DNA from: Alphaproteobacteria bacterium
GTDB taxonomy: Bacteria > Pseudomonadota > Alphaproteobacteria > CAAGCB01 > CAG-977
Assembly (NCBI GenBank): GCA_017480385.1
Contig: JAFVAT010000007.1
Location: forward strand, 26,334 to 90,333
Reading direction: 5' to 3'
Length of the DNA: 64,000 nt
The position numbers and the translations under genes were made by a program. The notes under the pieces were generated by a model, which saw only the letters and a program-made list of their open reading frames with translations, ran no database searches and was not told the DNA's origin. This document shows positions 8,770-17,708 of the stretch, piece by piece (the first letter of the stretch is position 1; every line of letters starts with the position of its first letter).

Positions 8770-9927
8770 ATGGAAAATTTTGAATTTTGCGTCCCAACCC
8801 ATATTCTGTTCGGAAAAGGACAAATTGAAAAACTGCCCGACGTAATTAACGGTTTCGGCAAAAAGGTTCTTTTGACGTATGGCGGCGGCAGTATTAAAAA
8901 AACAGGATTATATGACAAAATCAAAGAATTATTGGCAGACTGCGAAATATTCGAGCTGTCGGGTATAGCCCCGAATCCGAAAGTGGACAGCGTGCGAGAA
9001 GGTGTCGCATTATGCCGGGAACATAACATCGATGTTATTCTTGCCGTCGGCGGCGGCAGTGTTATTGATTGCTCCAAAGGTATCGCGTCCGCCCGCTATT
9101 ATGAAGGGGACGCCTGGGACATGATAGCAACGCGCGCAGAAATAACAAAAGCGCTTCCGATTGTTACGGTTCTGACGATAGCGGCTACGGGCAGTGAAGC
9201 GGATTTCGGCGCGGTCATTACCAATCCTGATACAAATGAAAAATTGGCTCTAAACGGTTTTCCGCTCTTTCCCAAAGTCTCCATTCTGGATCCGGAATAT
9301 ACATTTTCCGTTCCTGCCAAACAAACTGCCGCGGGTTCTATTGATATTTTATCTCATCTGATGGAACAATACTTTGTGCCCGCATCAACCTATATGAATG
9401 ACCTTTTGGTTGAAGCGGTCATGAAAACGGTCGTTAAATATGCTCCCATAGCCTATAAGGAACCAAATAATTACGAAGCCAGAGGGCAGCTGATGTGGGC
9501 AAGCACTCTTGCGGATAATGCCACGCTTTGTAACGGCAATCAGCTGGTTGCTTTCAGTTGTCACGGGATAGAACACGAACTTTCGGCTTATTATGACATC
9601 ACGCACGGCGTAGGTCTTGCCATTGTTACGCCCAGATGGATGGAATATGTTCTTTCAGATAAAACGGCTCCGAAATTTGCGCGTTTCGGCAGAGAAATTT
9701 TTAACGTTCAAGGCGATAATGATATGGAAAGCGCCAAGCTTACCATAAAAGTGCTTTATGACTTTTTCAGAAGCCTTGGCGTTCCGATGAGTTTCGGAGA
9801 ATTAGGCATAACTTCTGAGCATTTTGAGGAAATGGCACATCACGCCGTAGAGGCTGAAGGACTTGAATATGCTTTGCTGCCTCTTACATCTAAAGATGTT
9901 AAAGCTATCTATGAAATGTGTTTATAG
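8770..9927 (+). CDS. Iron-containing alcohol dehydrogenase (butanol dehydrogenase/YqhD-like)
   Basis: YGGGSIKK, AVGGGSVIDCSK, TIAATGSE, and metal ligands D-H...H...H (DILSH, CHGIEH, HGVGL). Confidence 0.93.
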   Translation: MENFEFCVPTHILFGKGQIEKLPDVINGFGKKVLLTYGGGSIKKTGLYDKIKELLADCEIFELSGIAPNPKVDSVREGVALCREHNIDVILAVGGGSVIDCSKGIASARYYEGDAWDMIATRAEITKALPIVTVLTIAATGSEADFGAVITNPDTNEKLALNGFPLFPKVSILDPEYTFSVPAKQTAAGSIDILSHLMEQYFVPASTYMNDLLVEAVMKTVVKYAPIAYKEPNNYEARGQLMWASTLADNATLCNGNQLVAFSCHGIEHELSAYYDITHGVGLAIVTPRWMEYVLSDKTAPKFARFGREIFNVQGDNDMESAKLTIKVLYDFFRSLGVPMSFGELGITSEHFEEMAHHAVEAEGLEYALLPLTSKDVKAIYEMCL

Positions 9928-10218
9928 TTAAAAACAAAACGATAATAACTTCGGTTTTGACGGACAAAAAATGCCTATAATCGCAGACGATTCCCTGTAC
10001 AGACCAAAACTTGCCGGACTAAACCGAAGAGCTCAAAACGTCTTGTTCAATGATCTCCCCCCTTCCCAAAAGATATCTTTTAGCGGTGGAGGCACGGTCG
10101 GAACTATGATACATTATGTTTGACAGTTGGATTTCGGACTTTATAAAGATATAAAAAAGCAGACGCCACACGGCATTCATTCTTTAATTTTATAGCCGGC
10201 TAAAAAGGATACGAACAA

Positions 10219-11079
10219 ATGACAGCAAAACTGCCCCTGATCATCGGCATCGGCGAATTGTTATGGGACATGCTCCCCGCGGGGAAAAGAGCCGGAGGTG
10301 CTCCGGCGAATTTCGTTTATCATGCAGCGCGGGCGGGGGCACAAGGATACGTTGTCAGCGCCGTTGGTCAGGACGCTTTGGGGGACGAGCTCTTACAGGA
10401 ATTGGAAAAAAACAAGATCGGACATTGTCTTTCTCGCGTTCCTTATCCGACCGGCACCGTCAAAGTCACGTTAAAAAACGGTATCCCTGATTATGAAATT
10501 GTGGAAAACGTCGCTTGGGATCACATACGGGTTTCGAAGGAAGCCGCCGCATTAATGAAAAAAGCGGACGCCGTTTGCTTCGGCACATTAGCCTCGCGTT
10601 CGCCGGAGTCACGCAGGACCATAGAAACGTTGCTGTCTTATACGCCCGAAAAGGCTCTGCGCTTTTTTGATATCAATCTGCGCGGCAATTATTATTCGTA
10701 CGGGTTAATCGATACTTTATTAAAGAAATCAAACATTTTCAAAATCAACGATGAGGAATTAACCGTTCTGCAAAACCTGTTTCATCTGCCGGCACAGGAA
10801 GAACAGGCCTGTATGGAATTGCTTCAGCGCTATGGTCTGCGCTGTGTGATCTTAACAGCCGGGGAAAGGCACAGCTGCATTTATGCTACCGATGAAAAAT
10901 CTTTTCTGCCCACGCCCAAAGTTCAGGTTGCGGATACCGTAGGGGCAGGCGATTCCTTTTCCGGCGCATTCACGACCAGTATTTTAACAGGAAAATCTTT
11001 GAAAGAAGCCCATGCCGCCGCGGTTCGAACAGCAGCTTTCGTTTCTTCCCGATCCGGCGCATGGCCGATTTATGAATAA
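10219..11079 (+). CDS. PfkB family carbohydrate kinase (fructokinase-like)
   Basis: GELLWD, GGAPANF, and PfkB signature DTVGAGDSFSG. Confidence 0.93.
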   Translation: MTAKLPLIIGIGELLWDMLPAGKRAGGAPANFVYHAARAGAQGYVVSAVGQDALGDELLQELEKNKIGHCLSRVPYPTGTVKVTLKNGIPDYEIVENVAWDHIRVSKEAAALMKKADAVCFGTLASRSPESRRTIETLLSYTPEKALRFFDINLRGNYYSYGLIDTLLKKSNIFKINDEELTVLQNLFHLPAQEEQACMELLQRYGLRCVILTAGERHSCIYATDEKSFLPTPKVQVADTVGAGDSFSGAFTTSILTGKSLKEAHAAAVRTAAFVSSRSGAWPIYE

Positions 11080-11161
11080 ATGCCGGCCTTCAATATTTTT
11101 AGTATTCAAATGATGTAAAATGGAATATCATTTTTCCAACCTTTTATATAAAGGGCGGATC

Positions 11162-13435
11162 ATGAAAAAACATATTCTTTACATACTGGCCGCTGTTGCC
11201 GCCCTTATTCTGCTGCTTCCATTTTACTATCAAAATGTTATCACGGTAATTATAAGGATATCGGCGCCTGACGGAACATATGCAGATGTTTCCTATAAAC
11301 CGGCACAAGCTTCTACATTTATTCATGCATGGAATTTTATTATTGAAAAAGAACAAACCCTTGTTGTAACGATAAATAAAAAAAGCATTTCGTCTATTAA
11401 ATTAAACATAGGACACAAAAGTTCCAAAAAAATAGAAGTCCAATATTTAAAATTTATTGGGATAAAAAAAACAACCATTACTCCCCCTTTTGATCCAAAA
11501 AATATTAACCTTGGCAAAAGGAACGATATTTTTATATTTGATGATTTTCCGCCAATTGAAGCAAAAAAAATATTCTATATTTCTTCTTTTCTTTTTTGTA
11601 CGATTGGCGTTATTCTCTTTTTCTTCGTTTTATCACAGAGCAGAAACTTTCAGCTGCTGTCAGCCGCAACAGCAGGCTATATTGGCTTTGCATTGAACAG
11701 CGATCTTAAATTTGCTCAGCTTAATCCTTTTTTGGGTATTCTTATCGTCTCTTTTCTATTTATTTTTTATCGCCGTCTGTTCTCAAAATATGAACAAACA
11801 GAACATTCTTCTCCCAAAAGCTTTTTTCCAGCTCTTTTGATTTCCGGCCTTGTTTTCGGCACGCTTAATCTTTTATCTGCGCGTTTATGCCTGTTTAATT
11901 CGTGGAAATTTGTCGTTAATTATCCTCTCCAAATGGTATTGGGCATCATCGGCCAAGCTATTTTCTTTTATGCTGTCGGAATCAGCTTTTTTAAATGGAT
12001 ATCCAACGGCAGCTTTTTTCAATCTGTCAGAACGTCCCCTATTCTTAATTCAGTCATAGACTTTTATAACCGCCGAACCGTTCTATGTTCTTTTTTGATT
12101 ATTATCCTTTTTTGGCTTCCCTATCATTTTATCTATTATCCGGGTTTTTTCCCATGGACTTCCAAAGGTCAAATAAAACAAATATGGGACTATTTGCCGA
12201 AATCTCAAAACCAACCTGTTTTATCGACACTTCTGTTCGGCCTCTTTTTCAACGCGGGAAACGAACTTAAAAACATGAATTTAGGCTTTTATTTTTATAC
12301 TGCCTTTCAGTCATGCGCCTGTGCTCTTGTTTTTGCTTTATGCATGGATCGTATTAAGCGCTTAGGTTTTAATTTTTATTATCAATCAGCATGTTTATTT
12401 TTCTTTGCTGTCTATCCGATCGGCGGATTGATTTCACTTTGGGATACAAAAGAAACGCTTTATTCCGCTGTTGTGACCTTTTTCGTCTTGCATACATTCT
12501 CTCTTGTTTATTTTCCTCAAAGATCTCTAAAAGCAAGAGTTTTTATTCTTTATGGCGTTGCTTTTCTGCTTGCTTGCCTGTTGCATCAAAGTGGCATATT
12601 CGTTACTCTTTCTACATCTCTGGCAATATTATTCCCAGCAAACATACCCTTACCTGTCAAAAAGAAAATTTTTGCTTTTTCCTTATTAAGCACCAGCCTT
12701 TTTCTGACATTGAATCAATATATTTTTCCGCTGTACGGATATGACAAAGTCTCGAAAAAAGAAGCCCTGTCCATTCCATTTCAGCAAACGGCCCGTTATT
12801 TAAAAAAATATCCCGAAGACCTTTCTGCCGAAGAAAGAAAAATCATTGAAGAGGTTTTGGATATTTCCAAAATGACAAAAAAATATTCTCCCTTTAACGC
12901 TGATTTTACAAAGAGCGCATATAAAATAAAAAATGATCCGAATGAAAACAAAAAATTGGCCGCCTATTTAAAAACAACCGTCAAAATGTTTTTCCGTCAC
13001 CCGTTAACAGCGTTACAGGCGACCATGGCGAACAGTTTTGGTTATTACGCCTTCACTCCTTATTTTATCATTGAACAAAAAGAACCTTTCGACCGTCAAT
13101 TATACACTGCATATCCCAAAAGCACACAGCCTCTCAGAGATTTTCTTGAAACATTCTATCAGGATAAAACTGTCTCCTCCCTTCTTTATACAGGACTGCG
13201 TCCTCCCGTTTATACATGGTTGCTTGTTTTACTGGGACTTTCTTTTATATCAATCAAGCGTTCCAAACATTTATTGCTGTTGGTTCCGTCCGCCATGTCT
13301 GTTTTGATTTGCATCGCCTCGCCTATAAACGGATTATTAAGATATATGCTGCCGGTAATCATGAGTATGCCGATTGTTTTTTCTTTTTGTCTCGCGGTTT
13401 ATTTTAAAGAAGAAAGGGCGACGGAAAATCAATGA
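11162..13435 (+). CDS. Polytopic membrane protein, DUF6020-like (possible GT-C fold)
   Basis: About 13 hydrophobic segments; YYPG...Q, KETLYS, KKEALSIPFQQTARY and NGLLRYMLP motifs recalled from the DUF6020 family; AT-rich. Confidence 0.65.
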   Translation: MKKHILYILAAVAALILLLPFYYQNVITVIIRISAPDGTYADVSYKPAQASTFIHAWNFIIEKEQTLVVTINKKSISSIKLNIGHKSSKKIEVQYLKFIGIKKTTITPPFDPKNINLGKRNDIFIFDDFPPIEAKKIFYISSFLFCTIGVILFFFVLSQSRNFQLLSAATAGYIGFALNSDLKFAQLNPFLGILIVSFLFIFYRRLFSKYEQTEHSSPKSFFPALLISGLVFGTLNLLSARLCLFNSWKFVVNYPLQMVLGIIGQAIFFYAVGISFFKWISNGSFFQSVRTSPILNSVIDFYNRRTVLCSFLIIILFWLPYHFIYYPGFFPWTSKGQIKQIWDYLPKSQNQPVLSTLLFGLFFNAGNELKNMNLGFYFYTAFQSCACALVFALCMDRIKRLGFNFYYQSACLFFFAVYPIGGLISLWDTKETLYSAVVTFFVLHTFSLVYFPQRSLKARVFILYGVAFLLACLLHQSGIFVTLSTSLAILFPANIPLPVKKKIFAFSLLSTSLFLTLNQYIFPLYGYDKVSKKEALSIPFQQTARYLKKYPEDLSAEERKIIEEVLDISKMTKKYSPFNADFTKSAYKIKNDPNENKKLAAYLKTTVKMFFRHPLTALQATMANSFGYYAFTPYFIIEQKEPFDRQLYTAYPKSTQPLRDFLETFYQDKTVSSLLYTGLRPPVYTWLLVLLGLSFISIKRSKHLLLLVPSAMSVLICIASPINGLLRYMLPVIMSMPIVFSFCLAVYFKEERATENQ

Positions 13436-15741
13436 AAAAGAATATTGTTTACTGCCTGATCTGCACTGTTTTGCTGATGATTTCAGCGTTTCCTCTTTAT
13501 CTCCAGCATATTATTCAGATTGAAATAACGGCTCAATCAAATAATGCTGTTTTGGTCAAATTAATAAATACCGATCAAAACATAAATATTCAGGAAAAAG
13601 TTATAAGCCCGTTTCAAAATAAAATCTATTTTAATATTCTTACAGATAATTTAAAAAACTTAAAATTATCTTTTGTACAAGAAGCAAATCCTTATCAATT
13701 TTTAACTCCACCTCGTTTTTCAAAAAGAGGTTCATTTAACCACATCAACAGCTATGCTCAAACTTTTAATTTATTTTTTCTGTTGAAGAAAAAATCAACC
13801 TTAGAAATAAGTTCTCTAAAAATTATTGGAAAGGAATCTCTGCCTTTGGAAAACAATGAAAAAATACAGCATAATTTCAAGAAAACATATGAAAATTTGA
13901 ATATACCGGCCGCGGTTCACTTTTCTTTCATCACAGCATTCATTCTTGCCCTTTCTTTTTTCACGGGATCATATCTTATTTTCCGATTCAAGACTGTTGC
14001 CGTCATCGCGGCTTCAGCAGCCGGTTATTTTTGTTTTTCTTTTTATTTTAACCATAATCTCGCGGAGCAAAGTCCTTTATTAACATGTTTTCTGATAATT
14101 TCTTTCTTCTGCCTGTATCGCCAGACATATCTTTTATCCTCTTTTCCTTTTAACCGCCCTCTTTTTATTTTCAGTATATGCTGCAGTTTACTTCATATAT
14201 CCGCTTATACAGCTGAACACACGCTTTCTTTTGATGTTTTGCCGCAAAATTATCTTATGATGATAATCGCAGCCGTTTCAGAGATCATTTTATTTTATAC
14301 TGTCTTTCTTTATGTCTTTAAATTTTTTGATTATTTAAAATTTTATCCGACACAAAAAGAAAATAATTATATAAAATTTTATAAAGAACATATTTTTATT
14401 GTTTCTTTTTGTTTTATTTTATTTATTTACCTTATTTTTGATTTAATTTATTATCCGGGTAAAATTTCTCCCAATATGGTCAATCAAATCAGACAAATGG
14501 CCCATAAATATGATCCTACTCAACATCACCCCTTTCTTTCGACTTTTATTATGTGGCTGTGCTTTAAAGTAGGTTTTGTTTTTAAAATTCAAAGTTTCGG
14601 TCTTTTCCTTTATATTTTATTGCAAAATATTGTTTGTGCCGGAGCTTTTGCCGCCAGTTTAAAAGAGTTAGATCGGTTAAAATTATCGTTCCTCTTTATT
14701 TTTGTTTCATTGTTATTTTTTTCTGTCATTCCTTTTGGTTTTTTTGCCGTTTATGGAGCAAAAGACGTCTTATACAGCGGAATTTTTGTTTTCTTTGTTT
14801 TGCAAACCATTTCTTTTCCTGCCAAAAAAACAGTGTCTGACGCCGCCTTATATATCTCAACCGCTTTATTGCTGAGCCTTCTGCGAAACAATGGTCTTTA
14901 TGTTGTTTTGCCCGCTTTTCTATTTTTATACTTTTCTTCTTCCCGAAAAAAAACAGCGATAACAGCTTTTGTCTGCACTTTTCTGCTTTTTTGGAGCTGC
15001 ACGCAAATCATTTTTCCCGCATTGGGCTTTATTCCCGGAAGCAAAAAAGAAATATTCTCTATTCCTTTTCAACAAACGGCGCTTTATGTCAAAAAACACG
15101 ATGCGCAGATAACACTGGAAGAACACCAAGCCATTGCAAATGTTTTGGAGATACAGAAATTGGCCGCTCTCTATCAAAAAGCCCTTTCTGACCCTGTCAA
15201 AGCAACATATAAGATATGGCAAGATCCGCAGGAAATCCCTTTATTAAAAAATTATCTGTTTGTTTGGGCAAAAATGTTTTTCAAACACCCGATCACATAT
15301 GTACAGGCTTTTTTAGCCCTATCAGACCAATATTATACCTTTGTCGAAAACCCGCCGAAATTTCCCGCGAAAATAACCTATAAAAAAATAATCCCCAAAG
15401 TACGGGAATTGCATGCGACTGAACCTGTAAAAAAAATAACGGACAAATTTTTTTACTCCTATTTATGGACAGTTCCCCCTTTATATCTTCTTTATTCCTG
15501 TTCTTTTTATTCAATTGCCTTTTTCTTAACCGTCATATATTTTTTCCGGCATCAAAATTGGAAAAACAGCGCTCCTTTTATTCCGGTGTTTTTCACGATT
15601 TTAATTTGCATTGCCTCACCAATGAACGGATTGCTGCGGTATGCCATGCCCCTTATGGCCGCATTTCCTTTATGCATCGGATTGGCCGCAGCTCCGGCAC
15701 TGCCTAATGTTGGAAAGGAAAAGAAAGAGGAACATGACTGA
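13432..15741 (+). CDS. Polytopic membrane protein, DUF6020-like, paralog of the upstream gene
   Basis: YYPG...QHHPFLST, KDVLYS, LRNNG, KKEIFSIPFQQTA, DPVK, NGLLRYAMP; ATGA-coupled to the previous gene. Confidence 0.7.
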   Translation: MKKNIVYCLICTVLLMISAFPLYLQHIIQIEITAQSNNAVLVKLINTDQNINIQEKVISPFQNKIYFNILTDNLKNLKLSFVQEANPYQFLTPPRFSKRGSFNHINSYAQTFNLFFLLKKKSTLEISSLKIIGKESLPLENNEKIQHNFKKTYENLNIPAAVHFSFITAFILALSFFTGSYLIFRFKTVAVIAASAAGYFCFSFYFNHNLAEQSPLLTCFLIISFFCLYRQTYLLSSFPFNRPLFIFSICCSLLHISAYTAEHTLSFDVLPQNYLMMIIAAVSEIILFYTVFLYVFKFFDYLKFYPTQKENNYIKFYKEHIFIVSFCFILFIYLIFDLIYYPGKISPNMVNQIRQMAHKYDPTQHHPFLSTFIMWLCFKVGFVFKIQSFGLFLYILLQNIVCAGAFAASLKELDRLKLSFLFIFVSLLFFSVIPFGFFAVYGAKDVLYSGIFVFFVLQTISFPAKKTVSDAALYISTALLLSLLRNNGLYVVLPAFLFLYFSSSRKKTAITAFVCTFLLFWSCTQIIFPALGFIPGSKKEIFSIPFQQTALYVKKHDAQITLEEHQAIANVLEIQKLAALYQKALSDPVKATYKIWQDPQEIPLLKNYLFVWAKMFFKHPITYVQAFLALSDQYYTFVENPPKFPAKITYKKIIPKVRELHATEPVKKITDKFFYSYLWTVPPLYLLYSCSFYSIAFFLTVIYFFRHQNWKNSAPFIPVFFTILICIASPMNGLLRYAMPLMAAFPLCIGLAAAPALPNVGKEKKEEHD

Positions 15742-16285
15742 AAAAGAAAAAATGCTGCAGGGATTACTTTATGATTCGGGTGATTCCGAATTATCTGAAG
15801 AACGCCGGCGATGCAAACAACTTTGTCAGGAATATAATTTTCTGCCTTGCGACGAAACGGAAAAGAAAGCCGACCTTCTGCGCCGGATTTTGAAAAAAAC
15901 GGGAAAGAACTGCACCATTGAACCCTTTTTCCAGTGCGATTACGGCTATAACATAAGTGTCGGAGAAAATTTTTACGCCAATCACAACTGCGTCTTTTTG
16001 GATACCGCGCCGATTACGTTCGGCGATCACGTCTTTATCGGACCGAACTGCGGTTTTTATGCGGCGGAACACCCGCTGGACGCGGCGACGCGCAATAAGG
16101 AATTGGAATCCGCCCGCCCGATTACGGTCGGAAATAACGTCTGGATCGGCGGCAATGTTTGCGTTTTGCCCGGCGTATCAATCGGAGACAACGCCGTCAT
16201 CGGCGCAGGCAGCGTCGTTGTAAAAAATATCCCTGAAAATTCGGTCGCCGTCGGAAATCCGTGCGAAGTAATCCAAAAATTATAG
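15734..16285 (+). CDS. maa: Sugar O-acetyltransferase (maltose O-acetyltransferase family)
   Basis: MTEKEKML.G.LY, PFFQCDYGYNI, hexapeptide repeats VWIGGNVCVLPGVSIGDNAVIGAGSVV. Confidence 0.9.
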   Translation: MTEKEKMLQGLLYDSGDSELSEERRRCKQLCQEYNFLPCDETEKKADLLRRILKKTGKNCTIEPFFQCDYGYNISVGENFYANHNCVFLDTAPITFGDHVFIGPNCGFYAAEHPLDAATRNKELESARPITVGNNVWIGGNVCVLPGVSIGDNAVIGAGSVVVKNIPENSVAVGNPCEVIQKL

Positions 16286-16322
16286 TAGCGCAAAATTTTA
16301 TTTTCCTATACTCCTATATTTT

Positions 16323-17708
16323 ATGAACACGAAACAGCCTCGACTGGGAACGGACCCGATTTTGAAACTGTTGCTGATATTCGCTCCGCCGGCGATTATC
16401 GGACTGCTGATCAACGCGTCCTATAATTTGATAGACCGCATTTTCGTCGGCAATGGAATCGGCGCTTTGGGGCTGGCAGCGATAACGGTTTGTTTTCCCA
16501 GCATGATTTTGCAGCTGGCTCTGGGGTTAATGGTTGGTATCGGCGGCAGCGTCAATTTCGCTGTCAGCTTGGGACAGAAAAAAATTCCCCGCGCCGAAAA
16601 AATTTTTACAAACTCGGTTATGCTGATTGTTATTCTGGCACTTCTTTTTACCATCGTTCATCTGTTTTTTGCAGAACCTTTGCTGCGGCTATACGGCGCT
16701 ACGCCGACAATTATGCCGCATGCGAAAACATATTTGAGCATTATCTGTCTCGGTTCGGTTTTCATGATGACGAACATGACGCTGAATAATTTTATCCGCG
16801 CCAGCAGCTTTCCCCGCTTTGCCATGTGCACAATGCTGATCGGAGCAATTGCAAACACGATTTTAGACGCTTTATTTATTTTCGTCTTTAAATGGGGCAT
16901 TGTCGGCGCTGCTGCCGCTACCGTCATTGCTCAGGCGGTTTCCTTTTTATGGGCCTCTTCCTTTTTCATTTCTTCCCGAGCCATTTATCGTTTCCGAAAA
17001 AAATACATAAAACTATCGCCGAAAATCGTTTCAGCGATCTGTTTTGTTGGCGCCGCGCCGTTTTTAATTCAAATCACCAACGGATTTATGCAGACGCTGA
17101 TCAACAAATCTTTGATTCAATACGGCGGAGATATTGCCGTTTCCGCTATGGGAGCGACTTTAGCCGTCACGATTTTACTGTTTATGCCCATCACCGGCTT
17201 GTGTGAAGGCATGCAGCCGGTAATTGGATTTAACCTCGGCGCGGAAAAGTACGACAGAATGTTAAAGATTTTTCGGTTAAACCTGATCGCTTCGACTGTT
17301 TTTTTCATTTTTGGTTGGGGAGTTCTTCAGCTTTTTCCCGAAACGATCATTCGTGTATTCAACAATCGGGATCAAGAATTGATTACAATAGGGACTCAAT
17401 CGTTAAAAACAATCAGTCTGCTTTATCCTTTTATCGGCCTGCCGATCGCGACGACTTTTTTTCTGCAGGCTGTCAAACATCCGTCTATGGCCGCTTTTTT
17501 AGCGGTCGGTCGCCAGCTGCTGTTTATTATTCCGTCTTTGCTGATCCTGCCGCGCTATTTCGGTCTGAACGGCGTGTTTTATGCTTTTCCGACGGCCGAT
17601 CTTTTAGGTTTTTTTGTCGCCGTGCCGATTACAGTTCAGCAGTTTAGAAAATATGGCAAAAAACAACGGGAATCTGAGACTACTTCTGTTCTTCCTGAAG
17701 CGGCTTAG
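16323..17708 (+). CDS. MATE family efflux transporter (MepA-like)
   Basis: 12 TM; YNLIDRIFVG, N.ILD.LFIFVFKWG..GAA.ATVIAQ, QPVIGFNLGA. Confidence 0.93.
   Translation: MNTKQPRLGTDPILKLLLIFAPPAIIGLLINASYNLIDRIFVGNGIGALGLAAITVCFPSMILQLALGLMVGIGGSVNFAVSLGQKKIPRAEKIFTNSVMLIVILALLFTIVHLFFAEPLLRLYGATPTIMPHAKTYLSIICLGSVFMMTNMTLNNFIRASSFPRFAMCTMLIGAIANTILDALFIFVFKWGIVGAAAATVIAQAVSFLWASSFFISSRAIYRFRKKYIKLSPKIVSAICFVGAAPFLIQITNGFMQTLINKSLIQYGGDIAVSAMGATLAVTILLFMPITGLCEGMQPVIGFNLGAEKYDRMLKIFRLNLIASTVFFIFGWGVLQLFPETIIRVFNNRDQELITIGTQSLKTISLLYPFIGLPIATTFFLQAVKHPSMAAFLAVGRQLLFIIPSLLILPRYFGLNGVFYAFPTADLLGFFVAVPITVQQFRKYGKKQRESETTSVLPEAA

Noticed and set aside
9949-10123. 9-bp inverted repeat (CTTCGGTTT/AAACCGAAG) and a 50-codon ORF at 9971-10123
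   Set aside because: Short repeat, no RBS and no recognisable motif; may be a decayed remnant but unsupported.
10193-10202. Palindrome TAGCCGGCTA upstream of the PfkB kinase
   Set aside because: A single 10-bp palindrome with no cognate regulator nearby.
11162-15741. A7-A8 runs as phase-variation tracts in the DUF6020-like genes
   Set aside because: Expected in such AT-rich sequence; both frames are intact and no tract is exceptionally long.
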